A DNA stretch of 51,929 nucleotides, counting the filler, from Bipalium vagum (taxonomy: Eukaryota), in the NCBI GenBank assembly GCA_037834085.1. It is 3 parts of 3 records of this genome, joined end to end, with 100 filler letters (N's around TTAATTAATTAA, not from the genome) between each part and the next. Parts side by side here need not be neighbours in the genome. Positions count along the whole stretch, not along the records: positions 34,490 to 51,929 come from JBBMKC010065433.1; 2 more parts are not named here. One strand, 5' to 3'. Shown in pieces: positions 50,889 to 51,929 of this stretch (positions within the stretch are counted from its first letter, which is position 1; each line of letters starts with the position of its first letter). A program made the translations under genes and the position numbers. The notes below the pieces were generated by a model that was not told where the DNA came from, did not search any database, and saw nothing but the letters and a program-made list of their open reading frames with translations.

Positions 50889-51142
50889 ATTAAAAGGGTC
50901 TTAACCTCATTTTATTAATATATTTTTGGAATAGTTGTTTTGTGTTTTTGTTGCGTACTCTTTAGATAGGCGTGCTTAACAAGAGTTGTGTCAACATTAT
51001 TTATGAAAGATATTACAAGAAAAATGACTTACTAACTGAAATTGGGAGCAGCATGTAATATTTGTGTAATAATAATGTCCTCTCTTTGTTTATTTGACTT
51101 CTGCTTGGATATTTTTGATTCAATAACCTTCTGATTGATAAT

Positions 51143-51415
51143 TTAATAGATTTGAAAGGGCGATATGATATGGAAATTAATTTTAAAAGTGCTATGGAAA
51201 AGAATTATGCAAAATATAAAGATTTAAAGTTTCAATTACACCAAACCACAAGATATCAGACGTCACTGGATACAATTACTGTTGGTTCATCAGATCCAAA
51301 GAATGACATGGTTCATAAGAAGATAGTTGTAAATAAAAAACAAATCAATGCTCTATCTAGTTTATTGATTTAAAAACCAATTCAAGAATCATATAATTCA
51401 TATTTAAATCACGTC
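51143..51415 (+). pseudogene. Third REL-type retrotransposon fragment (endonuclease C-terminus) followed by a pyrimidine-rich 3' UTR
   Basis: LIDLKGRYD..NF..KYKDL..QL..LDTITVGS..ND..LLI..QESYNSYLNH aligns by eye to ILDIKVPFD..NF..KYTEL..QL..LDVINVGS..ND..LLI..RESYHIYLTH of 7128-8024. Confidence 0.8.
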
Positions 51416-51929
51416 TATAAAGAGACCAGAACTAATTTTGAATCACTTAAAATCTAAAAATTTACCAGTAATTATTAAAAATTGCTTACTTTGATCTTAC
51501 ACTATATTATTGGTACTTTCATCATTGTCTTGGTTTTTACTGCTACTATTTTTCCTATTACTCTACATTTAGTACTACTTTATGTTCTCAATATTCGTGA
51601 TATTCTTATCACCATTTTCTCTTAACGTACTATATTTTTAATCCTTACTAAATTTTTCTTCATTTATCTTTACTCTGTCACATCTCTGTCACTCTTTCCT
51701 TCTCGAAACTTCTCTGCTTCCTATCTCATTTGATGAACTTTCAGGGCATATCAACAGTTGAGTGGAGGCAACCAAAAACTAAAAGAATAGAAAGATGAAA
51801 AGACAAATACACCAAATCAACGAAGAAATGGGGCTAAATGTACTTTTCCCTCGAAAGAGGTGTTTTTCATCCCATTCCTTTTTTCAGATCCCAATAATTT
51901 TGAAATTTTTTATTTTACTAATATATATA

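Overview
AT-rich animal genomic DNA. The myosin tail wording suggests a flatworm or other lophotrochozoan, which is an inference. The window is three ~17 kb pieces joined by artificial 100-bp linkers (44N-TTAATTAATTAA-44N at 17436-17535 and 34390-34489), so adjacency across the linkers is not biological evidence. Host genes have mostly 42-55 bp introns: MIER1-like ELM2-SANT gene, PIG-U, the 3' end of a muscle myosin heavy chain, a NUDT8-like Nudix hydrolase, and an unknown multi-exon gene with an in-frame TGA. Three host genes are intronless: a solitary histone H4, an endophilin-A-like BAR-SH3 gene and a secreted IL-17-like cystine-knot gene. The rest is mostly decayed mobile DNA. It includes two Polinton/Maverick (adintovirus-like) endogenous virus fragments with pPolB, a major capsid protein split by a Merlin transposon (clean 8-bp TSD) and a parvovirus-type PLA2 apparently fused to the integrase. 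There are also three restriction-like-endonuclease (NeSL/Utopia-like) non-LTR retrotransposon pieces, many Tc1/mariner relics including a plant-type DD39D end, and pogo, hAT, Gypsy and possible DIRS relics. All family calls come from motif recognition by eye; no database search was run.
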